Assembly: GCA_052168235.1 (NCBI GenBank)
Contig: JBQLZK010000091.1
Location: 1 to 22,324, forward strand
Length of the DNA stretch: 22,324 nt
Source of the DNA: Thainema sp.
Lineage (GTDB): Bacteria; Cyanobacteriota; Cyanobacteriia; Phormidesmidales; Phormidesmidaceae
Direction of reading: 5' to 3'
Shown: piece after piece, positions 1 to 9,341 of the stretch
Numbering within the stretch: position 1 is the stretch's first letter
How the letters are laid out: every line of letters starts with the position of its first letter
Notes under the pieces: model-generated
Database searches by the model: none
What the model saw: the letters and a program-made list of their open reading frames with translations, nothing else
What the model was told of the DNA's origin: nothing
Translations under genes and position numbers: made by a program

Positions 1-76
1 GCGAGCGCTTTCCAACTTAGTCTTTAGCTTTGACACAATCTATTTGACATACCCACACAGAGAAACGGTAAAAGTT

Positions 77-1090
77 ATGAATACGTCTGTAGATCCCGTG
101 AAAGGACGAAAGAAACAGCCTTTTCGACCGCTCATTTGGCTCTTTCATCCCGTTGTGCTGATTTCTCTGGTCGCACATGGAGTTTTCCTGCTTGTGCCGC
201 TCTCCTCCTCATCGGAATCGTCCACTAGTTCTTCGGGATCATCCGACATTGCAGATGACACCACAGCGCGATCGCAATTTGACACGAATTCCAGCTCAAC
301 CCCTCCAGCCGATGCAGCATCTGCACTCTTACCAACGACCGCTACTACCTCTCCCGAACCCCAAACCGGAACCTACCTGGCATCCACTGCCAACCAGACC
401 AATAACCAGAACACACCAACATTCACACCCTCAACAACCTCTCAACCAACGAATCCCAAAACTGCGATTGCACCCACCAATCCCATCACCCCATCAACCA
501 TCTCCCCATCCTCTAATCCTCCTACCCCCTCACCCTCCAACTCTCCTCTCCCCCAAGTCACCCCATCAACCACCAACCAATCCTCTAACTTACCCTCCCA
601 CTCTCCTACTCCTCCCAGCCAAATCAGCGCCCTCCCTGCCGATGCTCCCCAAGCCCTAATCGACTACGTCCGCTCCCTCCAGGAACGCTATAGCTACAAA
701 CCCAATACGATTTCTGACAAACTGCGATTAAAAGCGATCGCAACTTGGCAGCGGGAACTAGAGGCAGAAAGTGCGATCGCACTTTCTGATCCCAGTTCAT
801 CGCTAGAACTGGTGCAGGAATCTGTCACCATGTCCTATCCGCTGGTGGCCTGTTTGTCTCACGAACCGAATACGGCAACCGTAGGTCTGGCGCTTGATTC
901 TGCGGGCACACTTCAAACGGAACCGAAGCTGCTCCAGAGTACGGGCTACCTTGGACTGAATCAACGTGCTCTTGAGCTGGTGGAGCAACTGGAGTTGCCA
1001 TTCGAGTTGCCACTGACTGAAACGCCCACACTATATGCCATTGATGTACACGTTGATTACAGCGCTGAGGACTGTATCGCCGCTCGTTAA
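77..1090 (+). CDS. Membrane-anchored Pro/Ser/Thr-rich protein with TonB C-terminal-like domain
   Basis: N-terminal hydrophobic helix (PVVLISLVAHGVFLLVPL, containing the SxxxH motif of TonB anchors), long P/S/T linker, and C-terminal TATVGLALDSAGTL..EPKLLQSTGYLGLNQRALELV resembling TonB_C. ATG 77 preferred over TTG 44. Confidence 0.6.
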   Translation: MNTSVDPVKGRKKQPFRPLIWLFHPVVLISLVAHGVFLLVPLSSSSESSTSSSGSSDIADDTTARSQFDTNSSSTPPADAASALLPTTATTSPEPQTGTYLASTANQTNNQNTPTFTPSTTSQPTNPKTAIAPTNPITPSTISPSSNPPTPSPSNSPLPQVTPSTTNQSSNLPSHSPTPPSQISALPADAPQALIDYVRSLQERYSYKPNTISDKLRLKAIATWQRELEAESAIALSDPSSSLELVQESVTMSYPLVACLSHEPNTATVGLALDSAGTLQTEPKLLQSTGYLGLNQRALELVEQLELPFELPLTETPTLYAIDVHVDYSAEDCIAAR

Positions 1091-1128
1091 CGTTCAAATT
1101 ACGCTTAAATTGCGCTCAAATTGCGCTT
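1091..1128. repeat. Degenerate 11-bp tandem repeat, about 3.5 copies
   Basis: cgttcaaatta / cgcttaaattg / cgctcaaattg / cgctt in the intergenic region. Confidence 0.75.
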
Positions 1129-1212
1129 TGTGTAAATCACCGTGATTCGGCGCGAATTTGCGAAACAATGGAGAACATTATTTGCCCAACGTGAATCTCC
1201 AGGAGTGCGTTC

Positions 1213-3621
1213 ATGCTGTACGTCAATCCATCGGTCGGTGACGACGCTGCAAACGGGAGTCAGTCGGCTCCATTCCGCACGATTAGCCATGCCCTCAGTC
1301 AGGCCGCTGTTGGCAGCAAAATCCAGCTTGCACCGGGCACCTACTCAGCAGACAGCGGTGAGCAGTTTCCCCTCGAGATCCCGGCCAGCGTGGTGCTGAT
1401 GGGTGATGAAACCAGTCGCGGCAAAGACTATATGATTCGCGGCAGTGGCGAAAAACTGACGCTGGATGGTACGCAGCAAGTGTCCGTTTGGCTAGATAAG
1501 AATGCGGAACTGCGGGGCGTTACCGTCACGAATCCGGCCACTCGCGGCACCGGGGTTTGGCTGCAAACAGCGGTTTCCATTGTTGCCAACTGCACGCTGA
1601 AAGACTGCAAGCGCGAAGGCATTCGCGTGACGGGGCAAGCACGCCCCAAAGTGATCAACAATCTCTGTGTCGGCAACGATTCCTACGGGATTTGGGTGCT
1701 GGGTCAAGCGGGGGGCGAAATTCGCCAGAATATCTGTCGTGACACGGGAACGGGTTTAGCCGTGGGCGGCGATGCGGCTCCGAAACTGGTCGATAACGTT
1801 GTTAGCCAAAATCGCACAGGCATTATTCTCAGTAATGATGCCCGCCCGGTGCTGCGTCAGAACCGAATTGAGCGCAATACGGACGATGGATTGGTGGTGA
1901 TTGGTGAAGCACTGCCGGATTTGGGTACGGCTGCTGATTTTGGCCAAAACATTCTGCGGGAAAACGGTGGCTACGACTTGCAAAACGCTACCTCGCAGCG
2001 ACTGGTGTCGATTGGGAATCAGGTCTTACTGTCGAAAATTAAGGGCTTAGTTGAGCTGATGCACAATCAGCAGCCTGAGCTAATCACCGAGTCCGAGACG
2101 GATATCGATACAGGAACCGATACGGACAACGCCGATCCCTGGGCTGAAACTGATGCCGATGCAGGGACAGACACAGAGACTGACGCTGGCACTGATACCG
2201 AATCCTCAGATGTCGACGATACGACCGATACGAGTCCAGACGATGCTGACACGACGACCGATACGGATGCCGATACCGATATCGATACTGACGATACGGG
2301 TACTGATACCGAAACTGGTACCAATACCGACGTTGATAACGCTACCGATGATGAGGCCACTGATACCAACAGCGATACCGACAGTGACGAAGTAGATAGT
2401 GACGAAGTAGATAGTGACGAAGTAGATAGTGACGAAGTAGATAGTGACGAGGCTAGCAGTGACGAAATAGATACTCCGTCCCAACCCGATACGGCGACGG
2501 TGAATCTGCCTGATATTCAGGATCACTGGGCAGCACCGTTCATTCAAGCCCTGCTCGCACGCGGGATCATCACAGGTTTCCCAGACGGCACGTTTAAGCC
2601 CGATACCAAAATGACGCGATCGCAGTTTGCGGCGTTGATTTCCCAAGCCTTTGATCAACCGCTAACCCATGAGACAATTGAGTTCCGCGATTTGCCACCC
2701 AACTTCTGGGCCGCAGGTGCGATCGCAGAATCGACCCGCATGGGATTCCTCACCGGATATCCCGGCGGGCGCTTTCAACCAAATCAGGAACTGAGCCGGG
2801 TGCAGGCGATTGTTGCGCTGGCGAGCGGTTTAGGATTGACGGATGGTAGCCGAAATTTACTGCGGATTTATCGGGATCGGCTGCGGATTCCGGGTTACGC
2901 GACGGCGAAAGTTGCGGCGGCCACCCAGCGGCAAATGGTGGTCAATCATCCGGAGGTGAATGCGCTGCGGCCAACTGAGGCCGTCACCCGCGCGGAAGTC
3001 GCGGCGCTGGTGCATCAAGCCTTAGTGCATCAGGATAGACTACCTGCGATCGCATCCGCTTACATTGTGCAGCCGGAACAAGTGGGGCTGATCTTTACCG
3101 ATATCCAAGGCCACTGGGCCGCAGACGCGATTCAGGCGCTGGCGGCGCGAGGCTGGATTTCTGGCTATAGCGACGGTGCATTTCGCCCCAATGCACCGTT
3201 GACTCGCGCTCAATATGCCACGCTAGTTGCCAATGTGTTTGATCCCGCCGCAGAACGGCCACCGATTGACTTTAGCGACGTGTCTGACCGTTATTGGGCT
3301 AAATCCGAGATCGCACAAGCCTATGCGGGTGGCTATCTCTCTGGTTATCCAGACGGCACGTTCAAACCCAATGCCTATACGACACGGCTAGATGTGGTTA
3401 CGTCTCTAGTGACCGGACTCGACTTACCTGCTGCTGATCCGTCAGTTGTGAATGATTTTGCGGATCAGGGCGAGATTCCGGCAGTGGCGAAAAGTGCGAT
3501 CGCAAGTGCAATTCAGGCCAGCATCATCGCGCCACCGACCAACGGGAATGACTTTGAACCGTTCCGCAACCTCACTCGCGCCGAAGCGGTCAAAATGGTG
3601 CATCAAGCCCTAGAAAATTAG
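1213..3621 (+). CDS. DUF1565 / right-handed beta-helix protein with acidic linker and two S-layer homology (SLH) triplets
   Basis: LYVNPSVGDD..GSQSAPFRTISHAL..LAPGTYSADSGEQFPL (DUF1565 N-terminus), beta-helix repeats, and SLH motifs DIQDHWAAPFIQAL..GIITGFPDGTFKP..TRSQFA and DIQGHWAADAIQAL..GYSDGAFRP..TRAQYA. AGGAG upstream. Confidence 0.9.
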   Translation: MLYVNPSVGDDAANGSQSAPFRTISHALSQAAVGSKIQLAPGTYSADSGEQFPLEIPASVVLMGDETSRGKDYMIRGSGEKLTLDGTQQVSVWLDKNAELRGVTVTNPATRGTGVWLQTAVSIVANCTLKDCKREGIRVTGQARPKVINNLCVGNDSYGIWVLGQAGGEIRQNICRDTGTGLAVGGDAAPKLVDNVVSQNRTGIILSNDARPVLRQNRIERNTDDGLVVIGEALPDLGTAADFGQNILRENGGYDLQNATSQRLVSIGNQVLLSKIKGLVELMHNQQPELITESETDIDTGTDTDNADPWAETDADAGTDTETDAGTDTESSDVDDTTDTSPDDADTTTDTDADTDIDTDDTGTDTETGTNTDVDNATDDEATDTNSDTDSDEVDSDEVDSDEVDSDEVDSDEASSDEIDTPSQPDTATVNLPDIQDHWAAPFIQALLARGIITGFPDGTFKPDTKMTRSQFAALISQAFDQPLTHETIEFRDLPPNFWAAGAIAESTRMGFLTGYPGGRFQPNQELSRVQAIVALASGLGLTDGSRNLLRIYRDRLRIPGYATAKVAAATQRQMVVNHPEVNALRPTEAVTRAEVAALVHQALVHQDRLPAIASAYIVQPEQVGLIFTDIQGHWAADAIQALAARGWISGYSDGAFRPNAPLTRAQYATLVANVFDPAAERPPIDFSDVSDRYWAKSEIAQAYAGGYLSGYPDGTFKPNAYTTRLDVVTSLVTGLDLPAADPSVVNDFADQGEIPAVAKSAIASAIQASIIAPPTNGNDFEPFRNLTRAEAVKMVHQALEN
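2383..2472 (+). repeat. In-frame 15-bp tandem repeat AGTGACGAAGTAGAT (SDEVD), 4 perfect plus 2 degenerate copies
   Basis: Read directly from the sequence; encodes SDEVD x4, SDEAS, SDEID. Confidence 0.95.
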
Positions 3622-3633
3622 GATTGGGCAAAC

Positions 3634-3999
3634 ATGACGCGTCAAATTCAAGCAGGAGACGGCTGGCGAATTGGCTGGAATCCAGAAGCGGCAACTTATC
3701 GAGGATTAGTCGCTGGGCAGGATTGGTCCCTGGAACTGACTGAGCCAGAAATCGACGATCTCTGTCGCTTATCAACCCAACTCGCAACTGCGATCGCGCA
3801 CATGGCCGCTGAGCTAATGGACGAGGAACGGATTGCCTGCGAAGCAGAGACAGAGCGAATTTGGATCGAGGTTGAAGGATTTCCAGATAACTACGATCTG
3901 CGGTTCATCTTGCTCCAGGGACGCGGCGCAGAAGCCACTTGGCCCGCCGCAGTGGTACCAGCCGTGCAGCAGGCCCTGCAGCGGTTGAAGGTGTTTTGA
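3634..3999 (+). CDS. DUF1818 family protein (cyanobacterial conserved hypothetical)
   Basis: GDGWRIGWNP..YRGLVAGQDWSLELTEPE..ELMDEERIACEAE..GRGAEATW pattern. Confidence 0.85.
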   Translation: MTRQIQAGDGWRIGWNPEAATYRGLVAGQDWSLELTEPEIDDLCRLSTQLATAIAHMAAELMDEERIACEAETERIWIEVEGFPDNYDLRFILLQGRGAEATWPAAVVPAVQQALQRLKVF

Positions 4000-4094
4000 G
4001 AAGACGGTACACACTATCCTTACGCCCCACAGATTCGGTATCATAACCATTCCTATCCATACAATCGATTACTGTGCTTGGAGGCTCAACTCAC

Positions 4095-4868
4095 ATGGAT
4101 GTAATTCCCGCTATTGATCTACTAGACGGCAAGTGTGTCCGGCTCTATCAGGGCGATTACAACCAGTCGGAAGTCTTCAACGATGATCCAGTTGAAGTGG
4201 CCCAGCAGTGGGTCGATCAGGGCGCACCTCGAATTCATTTAGTTGACCTAGACGGAGCTAAGGTTGGTCATCCAGTCAATCAGGCGGCCATTGAAGCGAT
4301 CGTACAGGCGGTGGCGGTGCCCGTGCAGGTCGGCGGCGGATTGCGCGATCGCAACAGTGTCAAAACGCTCCTAGACCTGGGTGTGCAGCAAACGATTTTA
4401 GGCACAGTGGCGGTTGAATCACCGGATTTGGTAGCGCAACTCTGCCAGGAGTTTCCGGGCCAGATTGTGGTGGGGATTGATGCGCGTAACGGCAAGGTGG
4501 CAACGCGCGGCTGGCTGGAAACCTCAGAAGTGCTAGCAACGGAGCTGGCGCAGCGGATGGCCCAGTTAGGTGCAGCCGCAATTATCTACACCGACATTCA
4601 CCGGGATGGCACGCTGCAAGGCCCCAATAAAGAAGCGCTGCGGGAACTGGCAAGCGCAATTTCGATTCCCGTGATTGCGTCGGGCGGTGTCAGTTCACTA
4701 ACGGATGTGCTGAGCTTGTTTTCGCTGGTGCCCGTTGGCGTTTCGGGCATGATTATTGGCCGAGCGCTGTACACCAATGCGGTGTCGCTGAAAGAAGCCG
4801 TGCAGGCAGTCGGACAGGGGCGGCTACAGGATGTACCGCCCGATTTTGGCTCATCGACAATCGCGTAG
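4095..4868 (+). CDS. hisA: ProFAR isomerase HisA
   Basis: [65 protein letters not shown] upstream of ATG 4095. Confidence 0.97.
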   Translation: MDVIPAIDLLDGKCVRLYQGDYNQSEVFNDDPVEVAQQWVDQGAPRIHLVDLDGAKVGHPVNQAAIEAIVQAVAVPVQVGGGLRDRNSVKTLLDLGVQQTILGTVAVESPDLVAQLCQEFPGQIVVGIDARNGKVATRGWLETSEVLATELAQRMAQLGAAAIIYTDIHRDGTLQGPNKEALRELASAISIPVIASGGVSSLTDVLSLFSLVPVGVSGMIIGRALYTNAVSLKEAVQAVGQGRLQDVPPDFGSSTIA

Positions 4869-4879
4869 GCTTTTTCTCT

Positions 4880-4909
4880 GCCAAAACGTCAGCGGCCAAA
4901 ACGCCAGCG
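4880..4909. repeat. 15-bp direct repeat, 2 copies (GCCAAAACGYCAGCG)
   Basis: gccaaaacgtcagcg followed by gccaaaacgccagcg, just after the hisA stop. Confidence 0.8.
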
Positions 4910-5050
4910 ACAGTAGCTGATTCTAATTCCATGCAGAAATATTACGGATGCAATCAAAATATTGCTCAATATAACAATTCATCTCAAAGCGAAAACCTTT
5001 CCAAATATACTGATAACCCTAGAGGGCTAACCGTTCGGGCAACATGTTAG

Positions 5051-6055
<1,005 letters not shown>

Positions 6056-6077
6056 GCTATCTGACGAAGTCTACCCC

Positions 6078-6126
6078 AAAAGCATGATGGTCATTGCGCC
6101 TCGCGCAATGACCATCATGCTTTTTT
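6078..6126. terminator. Perfect 22-bp inverted repeat; probable bidirectional intrinsic terminator
   Basis: aaaagcatgatggtcattgcgc-ctc-gcgcaatgaccatcatgctttt(tt) between convergent por and HetZ-related genes. Confidence 0.8.
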
Positions 6127-6136
6127 AGACCGATTC

Positions 6137-7273
6137 TTATGCACCTGCATTGCGCAGCGTTTGGGCAGCGAGATAAAGCTTACTCCATTCGCTAGTAATT
6201 TGATTGACGCGTTTGTTGAGAGCTTTTGCGATCGCATCAAAGTCCTGGCCAGCCCGCAGCTTATCCAAAATAAATGCCTGCTCTGGCGTGAGATCAGCCT
6301 GAAACTTTTCCCACTGATCGGGCGTTAAACCCAAATTATTTTCCTTCAGCGCTGTCCCCAACCAGCCCATGACTAATTCAGGCCGATGCTTGAGGCTGAA
6401 TACCCGGACGGCATGATAGCTAATCTTTTCCCGCAGCCGATAGACATCGTTGACCGGCAAATTCATCCGCTGAGCAATCACGTCCTGGCTATAGCCCTGT
6501 AGATGTAGCTCCAGCCACTGCACGGCGGTTTCATCCAGCTTGTCGCGCAGATAATCCGCAAACGACTGCTTCACCTCAGCCCGAACAACCTGCTGCTCCT
6601 CCAGAAACTCTTGCTCCTGGTAACCTGAGATCGCTTGATTATCGATCAGGCTAATCGTGCTATCGGACTCATCGGTGCCAATTTCATCGGAAACCAGACG
6701 AATCAGCTCCTCGCTGGGCACCTGAGTCATGCCCCCCTGCTGAGAACGGCGCAAATAATTGACAAAGCGATAAACCAACAGTGGCTGATTGCGAATGGGA
6801 CGCAGACAATACTCTTCTGTACTTGCCAACATCAGGACGTTACGAAGTTGGCTAGAAGGAGTACACTGCCGAATCCAGGCTACCTGCTCCCGCAAATTCT
6901 TGTCCCGCAGCAGCATCTCCTGGATCACTTCTTGCAGGACATCGCGCACCGTCCGTTGGCGATCGCGACTAAGCGCGATCCAGGTGCGAATTTTGTTGCG
7001 AATTAAAAACAGGCTGCTTAAGCGTTGAATCAAATGACAGTAAGCCTGATCCGCACTCACGCCTAAGTAACGCTGCTGCAAAATCCGATAGCGATAATCC
7101 ATTGCACGATTGGCAATATCCAGTTCATGCTCTTCAAAGGCATTAAAGCGATCTGGATCATCACCCAGCAGCCATTTGACAATGCTGGTTCGAGTCGCAT
7201 CGTCTAGGGCTGGATAGTCATCCTGGATGCGGGAGTGCCAATCTTTTTCGATGTCTTCAGCTGAAACCATCAA
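6137..7273 (-). CDS. HetZ-related protein (cyanobacterial HTH regulator)
   Basis: SIVKWLLG..AMDYRYRILQQRYLG..RNKIRTWIALSRDRQR..EEYCLRPIRNQPLLVYRFVNYLRRSQQGGMTQVP resembles the HetZ-related protein 2 family; sigma70 region 4-like HTH segments near the C-terminus. Confidence 0.75.
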   Translation of the reverse strand: MMVSAEDIEKDWHSRIQDDYPALDDATRTSIVKWLLGDDPDRFNAFEEHELDIANRAMDYRYRILQQRYLGVSADQAYCHLIQRLSSLFLIRNKIRTWIALSRDRQRTVRDVLQEVIQEMLLRDKNLREQVAWIRQCTPSSQLRNVLMLASTEEYCLRPIRNQPLLVYRFVNYLRRSQQGGMTQVPSEELIRLVSDEIGTDESDSTISLIDNQAISGYQEQEFLEEQQVVRAEVKQSFADYLRDKLDETAVQWLELHLQGYSQDVIAQRMNLPVNDVYRLREKISYHAVRVFSLKHRPELVMGWLGTALKENNLGLTPDQWEKFQADLTPEQAFILDKLRAGQDFDAIAKALNKRVNQITSEWSKLYLAAQTLRNAGA

Positions 7274-7354
7274 TTGCAGGAAATCGTACAGCTAGATTTT
7301 TAATTTAGTATGAAGCAAAGGGATGCAGAATGCGTCACCCAGGTTGGGGAATCA

Positions 7355-7630
7355 TCATGATTCGATGTTATCGGTTTCTTCGATAGCTGCAACTAAATGA
7401 CGCAGTGATTCTGTCAATTGTGACAATTGCGATAACGTGGCATCGTGATTCTCAGCCAGGGTTTGAATTGCATCACTGAGGGCAAAAATTTGATAGCCCT
7501 GTTGCTGTACCTGATGGACAACGTTATCAACTCGATTGGCTAGTTGCTCTACTGTATCTGTCGTTGCCAGAACGGCTTCTCCAATTTTTTCTACGACACT
7601 GACTAGATCTGGCGTCTGTTTTTCCACCAT
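7355..7630 (-). CDS. Small hypothetical coiled-coil protein
   Basis: 91-aa ORF with heptad pattern, GAGGGG RBS-like sequence, co-oriented upstream of the HetZ-related gene. Confidence 0.75.
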   Translation of the reverse strand: MVEKQTPDLVSVVEKIGEAVLATTDTVEQLANRVDNVVHQVQQQGYQIFALSDAIQTLAENHDATLSQLSQLTESLRHLVAAIEETDNIES

Positions 7631-7817
7631 TTCCCCTCACTTCATCAAAACTTTATTAAACAGCGGTAACACCCCGATAATTAAAAAGATTTTGCGAAGC
7701 TCCTGCGTGAGATGAGTCCGTATATATCAGGAGACCTTTATCGTTGATCAGAGCTTTTTGGTGATTTCACGCATAAACCAAGGTAGCGATTTAACAGATA
7801 GGTACAAGTGTTTTTAC

Positions 7818-7831
7818 GTAGCCAAGGCTAC
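7818..7831. promoter_or_regulatory. Candidate NtcA box GTA-N8-TAC
   Basis: GTAGCCAAGGCTAC (palindromic) in the divergent intergenic region; no canonically spaced -10 box found. Confidence 0.35.
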
Positions 7832-7901
7832 ATTATTCACTTGGTTGAAATTGCGCACTGAAGCTAGTTGAAACAGGGCTGCAACCGGATGATAGTGCAC
7901 T

Positions 7902-8555
7902 ATGACGAATTCCACTCTACCATTAGAAACCACTGGCTTCTCCGCTCCTCATCCGTCAGCATCATCTTTCATAAAACGTGCTGTTGATGTCTGTGGAGCA
8001 TTGATCGGGCTGTTTTTGCTGGCCTGCATCTTTCTGCCAATTGCGATCGCAATCAAGCTTGATAGTCCCGGCCCCATCTTATATGCCCAAGAGCGATATG
8101 GATTGGGTGGACGCACCTTTACTCTGCGTAAGTTTCGCTCAATGGTACCAGATGCGGACTTACTCAAGCACCAGGTGACGAACGAAGCCAAGGGCCTCAT
8201 CTTCAAAAATCAAAATGATCCACGCGTTACCCGTGTCGGTCAATTTCTACGTCGCACCAGCTTGGATGAGTTTCCTCAGTTTTGGAACGTGCTGATCGGC
8301 GATATGAGTTTAGTGGGCACGCGCCCACCCACAGGGGATGAGGTGGCAAAATACGAACCGCATCACTGGCGGCGACTAGCCGTTAAGCCTGGACTGACGG
8401 GTGAATGGCAGGTCAATGGACGCTCCTCAATCAGCGATTTTGAAGAAATTGTGCAGCTTGATATCCGCTATCAGGAACGCTGGACATGGCTGTATGACCT
8501 ACAAATTATTGCTAAAACGCTGAGCATTCTGCTAAATCGCACCGGAGCCTACTAA
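7902..8555 (+). CDS. Sugar transferase (Bac_transf; priming phosphoglycosyltransferase-like)
   Basis: KRAVDV..IAIAIKLDSPGPILYAQERYG..KFRSM..DPRVTRVGQFLRRTSLDEFPQFWNVLIGDMSLVGTRP..KPGLTGEWQV. Confidence 0.93.
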   Translation: MTNSTLPLETTGFSAPHPSASSFIKRAVDVCGALIGLFLLACIFLPIAIAIKLDSPGPILYAQERYGLGGRTFTLRKFRSMVPDADLLKHQVTNEAKGLIFKNQNDPRVTRVGQFLRRTSLDEFPQFWNVLIGDMSLVGTRPPTGDEVAKYEPHHWRRLAVKPGLTGEWQVNGRSSISDFEEIVQLDIRYQERWTWLYDLQIIAKTLSILLNRTGAY

Positions 8556-8556
8556 C

Positions 8557-8599
8557 AGTCGTTGTGGGAGGTATACACCGCGTACCTCCCACAACGACT
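8557..8599. terminator. Perfect 17-bp inverted repeat between convergent genes
   Basis: agtcgttgtgggaggta-N9-tacctcccacaacgact; no clear U-tract. Confidence 0.55.
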
Positions 8600-8640
8600 A
8601 AGGAACGCGGCAAGTCGTGAGGAATTTGACCCGCTAGAGA

Positions 8641-9078
8641 TTAAAACGGAATATCGTCATAATCTGGTTGTTCATCGCTGGCCGAAGCGACTGGACTTGG
8701 TGAGCTGGTCGGTGCAGCATACGTTCTAGCAGATTCCGACATAGACGGAGCAGCAGAACTATCCATCTCAAACGTGCCGCCCCAGGCATGAATTCGCTGA
8801 GCCGTTAATTCAGCCAGTTTTTCCTTAAAGCCTTCTGGTCGCTCAACGGTATTCATATTGAGGCGACCTTCAATCAAAATGCGATCGCCACTGTGATATT
8901 TCTCTTGAATTTCCTGAGCGAGGTTTCCCCAGCCAATTACCTTAATTGCAGATGGCGGATCATCAGAACGCAGCCCCGGAAACTGAACCATCATTTCGGC
9001 AATGGGAGTTTGAGTGTCGGAGGTGTAGCGCAGTTGCGGGTCTTGAATAATCTCAACGGCTAAGATGCAGCTATTCAT
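8641..9078 (-). CDS. ssb: Single-stranded DNA-binding protein (cyanobacterial Ycf41-like type)
   Basis: OB-fold MNSCIL..IIQDPQLRYT..GWGNLA..GDRILIEGRL and acidic C-terminal tail DYDDIPF. Confidence 0.9.
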   Translation of the reverse strand: MNSCILAVEIIQDPQLRYTSDTQTPIAEMMVQFPGLRSDDPPSAIKVIGWGNLAQEIQEKYHSGDRILIEGRLNMNTVERPEGFKEKLAELTAQRIHAWGGTFEMDSSAAPSMSESARTYAAPTSSPSPVASASDEQPDYDDIPF

Positions 9079-9232
9079 AATGTAACTAAACGTATGATTT
9101 TGATTTGGGTGTTAAGTGACAACGTTTGAGTGTTTTAACATTAGCGAATTTTCGCCCTGCTGTGCGGAAAGTTGAGAGAGTTTTAATCTCATCAATATTA
9201 AGAGCAAATGCGAGCAGCTTACATCTCAGATC

Positions 9233-9293
9233 AAAACCCCAAGAGAAGGTTTGGCCGCCGCGTTGCGGCGGCCAAACCTTCTCTTGGGGTTTT
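9233..9293. repeat. Perfect 29-bp inverted repeat with 3-nt loop (REP/MITE-like palindrome; possible terminator)
   Basis: aaaaccccaagagaaggtttggccgccgc-gtt-gcggcggccaaaccttctcttggggtttt. Confidence 0.9.
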
Positions 9294-9341
9294 AGTAAGG
9301 ACACAAGGATGGGATATGAATACAGAGCAGAGATGCAGAAA

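Noticed and set aside
177..659. 160-aa alternative-frame ORF in the first gene
   Set aside because: The G-poor, C-rich tract lacks stop codons by composition; no recognisable domain.
2383..2472. Possible CRISPR array
   Set aside because: Contiguous 15-bp in-frame units without spacers; no cas genes in the window.
2067..2658. Antisense and alternative-frame ORFs (VTIYF and SVSV repeats)
   Set aside because: Shadows of the low-complexity acidic linker.
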